Made by a program: the position numbers and the translations under genes
Shown: positions 62,860 through 64,000 of the stretch, in pieces
Layout of the letters: the number at the start of each line of letters is the position of its first letter
Numbering within the stretch: position 1 is the first letter of the stretch
The notes under the pieces: model-generated
What the model was told of the DNA's origin: nothing
What the model saw: the letters and a program-made list of their open reading frames with translations, nothing else
Databases searched by the model: none
Source: Squalus acanthias
Taxonomy: Eukaryota
DNA: 64,000 bases
Direction: 5' to 3'
Assembly (NCBI GenBank): GCA_030390025.1
Contig: CM059432.1
Span: 13,952,001 to 14,016,000, forward strand

Positions 62860-64000
62860 TTATTCCTTTAAAGGGGTTCCATTTGTTTTCCACTGAAGTC
62901 TTGTTAAACATCACCCTCCAACCATTTGTTTTAAATCTTCCCTCATCTTTAGAATTCTGCCCTTTTAAAATGATAAACCTTGCTGATGGTCTTAAGTTTC
63001 ATTGGGTTCCAGTCCATGTTAAACTTGATCATTCTGTTGTCACTATCTCCCTGGAGTGCTAGGCTTTCATTTCCTGTACATTGCCTGGGTCATTTGCGAA
63101 TACCAGGTCAAGTTGAACGCTTTTCTTGCACACTGCCAGTCTTTAAATCTGAATCGATGTTGAAAACATTAAATGAAAAGCAGCATATTTGCCAGAACAC
63201 TTACTGTATAACTGTGTGTGATTATCTTACATGTGATTTAATAATGCCAAAAATTATCTTTAAAATGTATTACCAATGTCTGCTGCAAAGGGCATAACTT
63301 AATCTGTGCCATTTTTAAAATGCTTAGCTGGAGTATTTTTTAATTGAATGTTATAACTCCTTTCCTGATATATACCGTAGCACGGGCAGGGGCTTTTCAG
63401 AAGTATTTGTTAAACCTAAGTGAAATGCCAAGGCCCATTGTACGGTATGCTGCCAAAGCTGAACAGTTTCATTTATAAAATGTCGTATCATGTCTCAGAA
63501 ATATGCAAAAGTACTTCATATAAATTCCGCTGTTGCACAGTTACTGTTGTGTAGGTGAATTCAACTAAGGCCAGAAAGATCGCAATGTACATTCCTATGT
63601 TCCTGTGTTAAATAACAAAATGTTGATAAGATAAGAATGGGCTAGTTTAGTTGTGGAAACAACTCTAGGGGCTGGATTTTGATACTGGGGCGGGTTGGGG
63701 TCGTGTCATCCGCATTTCGTGTTATCCACCCACCTGCAATTGGATGTGGGAGATTGGTGTAATTTTCACTTAATTGGGCAATTGAGTTCCAGCATGTGGG
63801 AACCCATGAACCAATTAGTGCTTTCAGTCTGAAAGTCGCCTCTGATGATGTCATCATTGCAGGTCAGAGACTGCCTGGTCTCAGAGACTGCCTGGCCTTT
63901 GCTGTGAGAGGACCTGGATGCAAAATGAGCAGCATCTCAGAGAGAGAGAGAGAGAGAATTTTTTTTGCAACCAAGTCCTCCCAGGCAGTCTCTGAAGACA

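Noticed and set aside
44400..64000. Neighbouring gene such as GSS, or miR-499, downstream of ACSS2
   Set aside because: I recognised no exon or miRNA; the short ORFs there (e.g. 50643-50939) match nothing I know. A small exon could have been missed.

Overview
Eukaryotic genomic DNA, almost certainly from a cartilaginous fish (shark), judged from its repeats: Deu-domain SacSINE1-like SINEs, a V-SINE/HE1, abundant CR1 LINEs and shark-type Penelope fragments. The window holds the last 11 coding exons of an acetyl-CoA synthetase 2 family gene (ACSS2 or an ACSS2-like paralog) on the + strand, 1647-44191. They splice into one uninterrupted 423-codon frame ending in TGA; the 5' exons lie upstream of the window. 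Introns and the 20 kb downstream are mostly transposon-derived: CR1, L2 and RTE LINE pieces, SINEs, a degenerate Gypsy LTR element with nested insertions, and PIF/Harbinger derivatives and MITEs. Main points of interest: (1) Penelope-derived units carrying minimal hammerhead ribozymes, including a ~690-bp near-perfect palindrome with a hammerhead on each strand; (2) a 26-bp micro-insertion from that same element family whose target-site duplication copied an ACSS2 splice donor, creating an in-frame alternative donor (+12 basic residues); (3) a natural Val-to-Ala change in the acyl-binding pocket (LGCAGEP), hinting at a propionate-shifted enzyme; (4) a GC-AG intron containing a ~1-kb G-quadruplex-like tract; (5) a stop-free 126-nt intron with a second in-frame donor. 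All coordinates were read by eye, and repeat boundaries are approximate.
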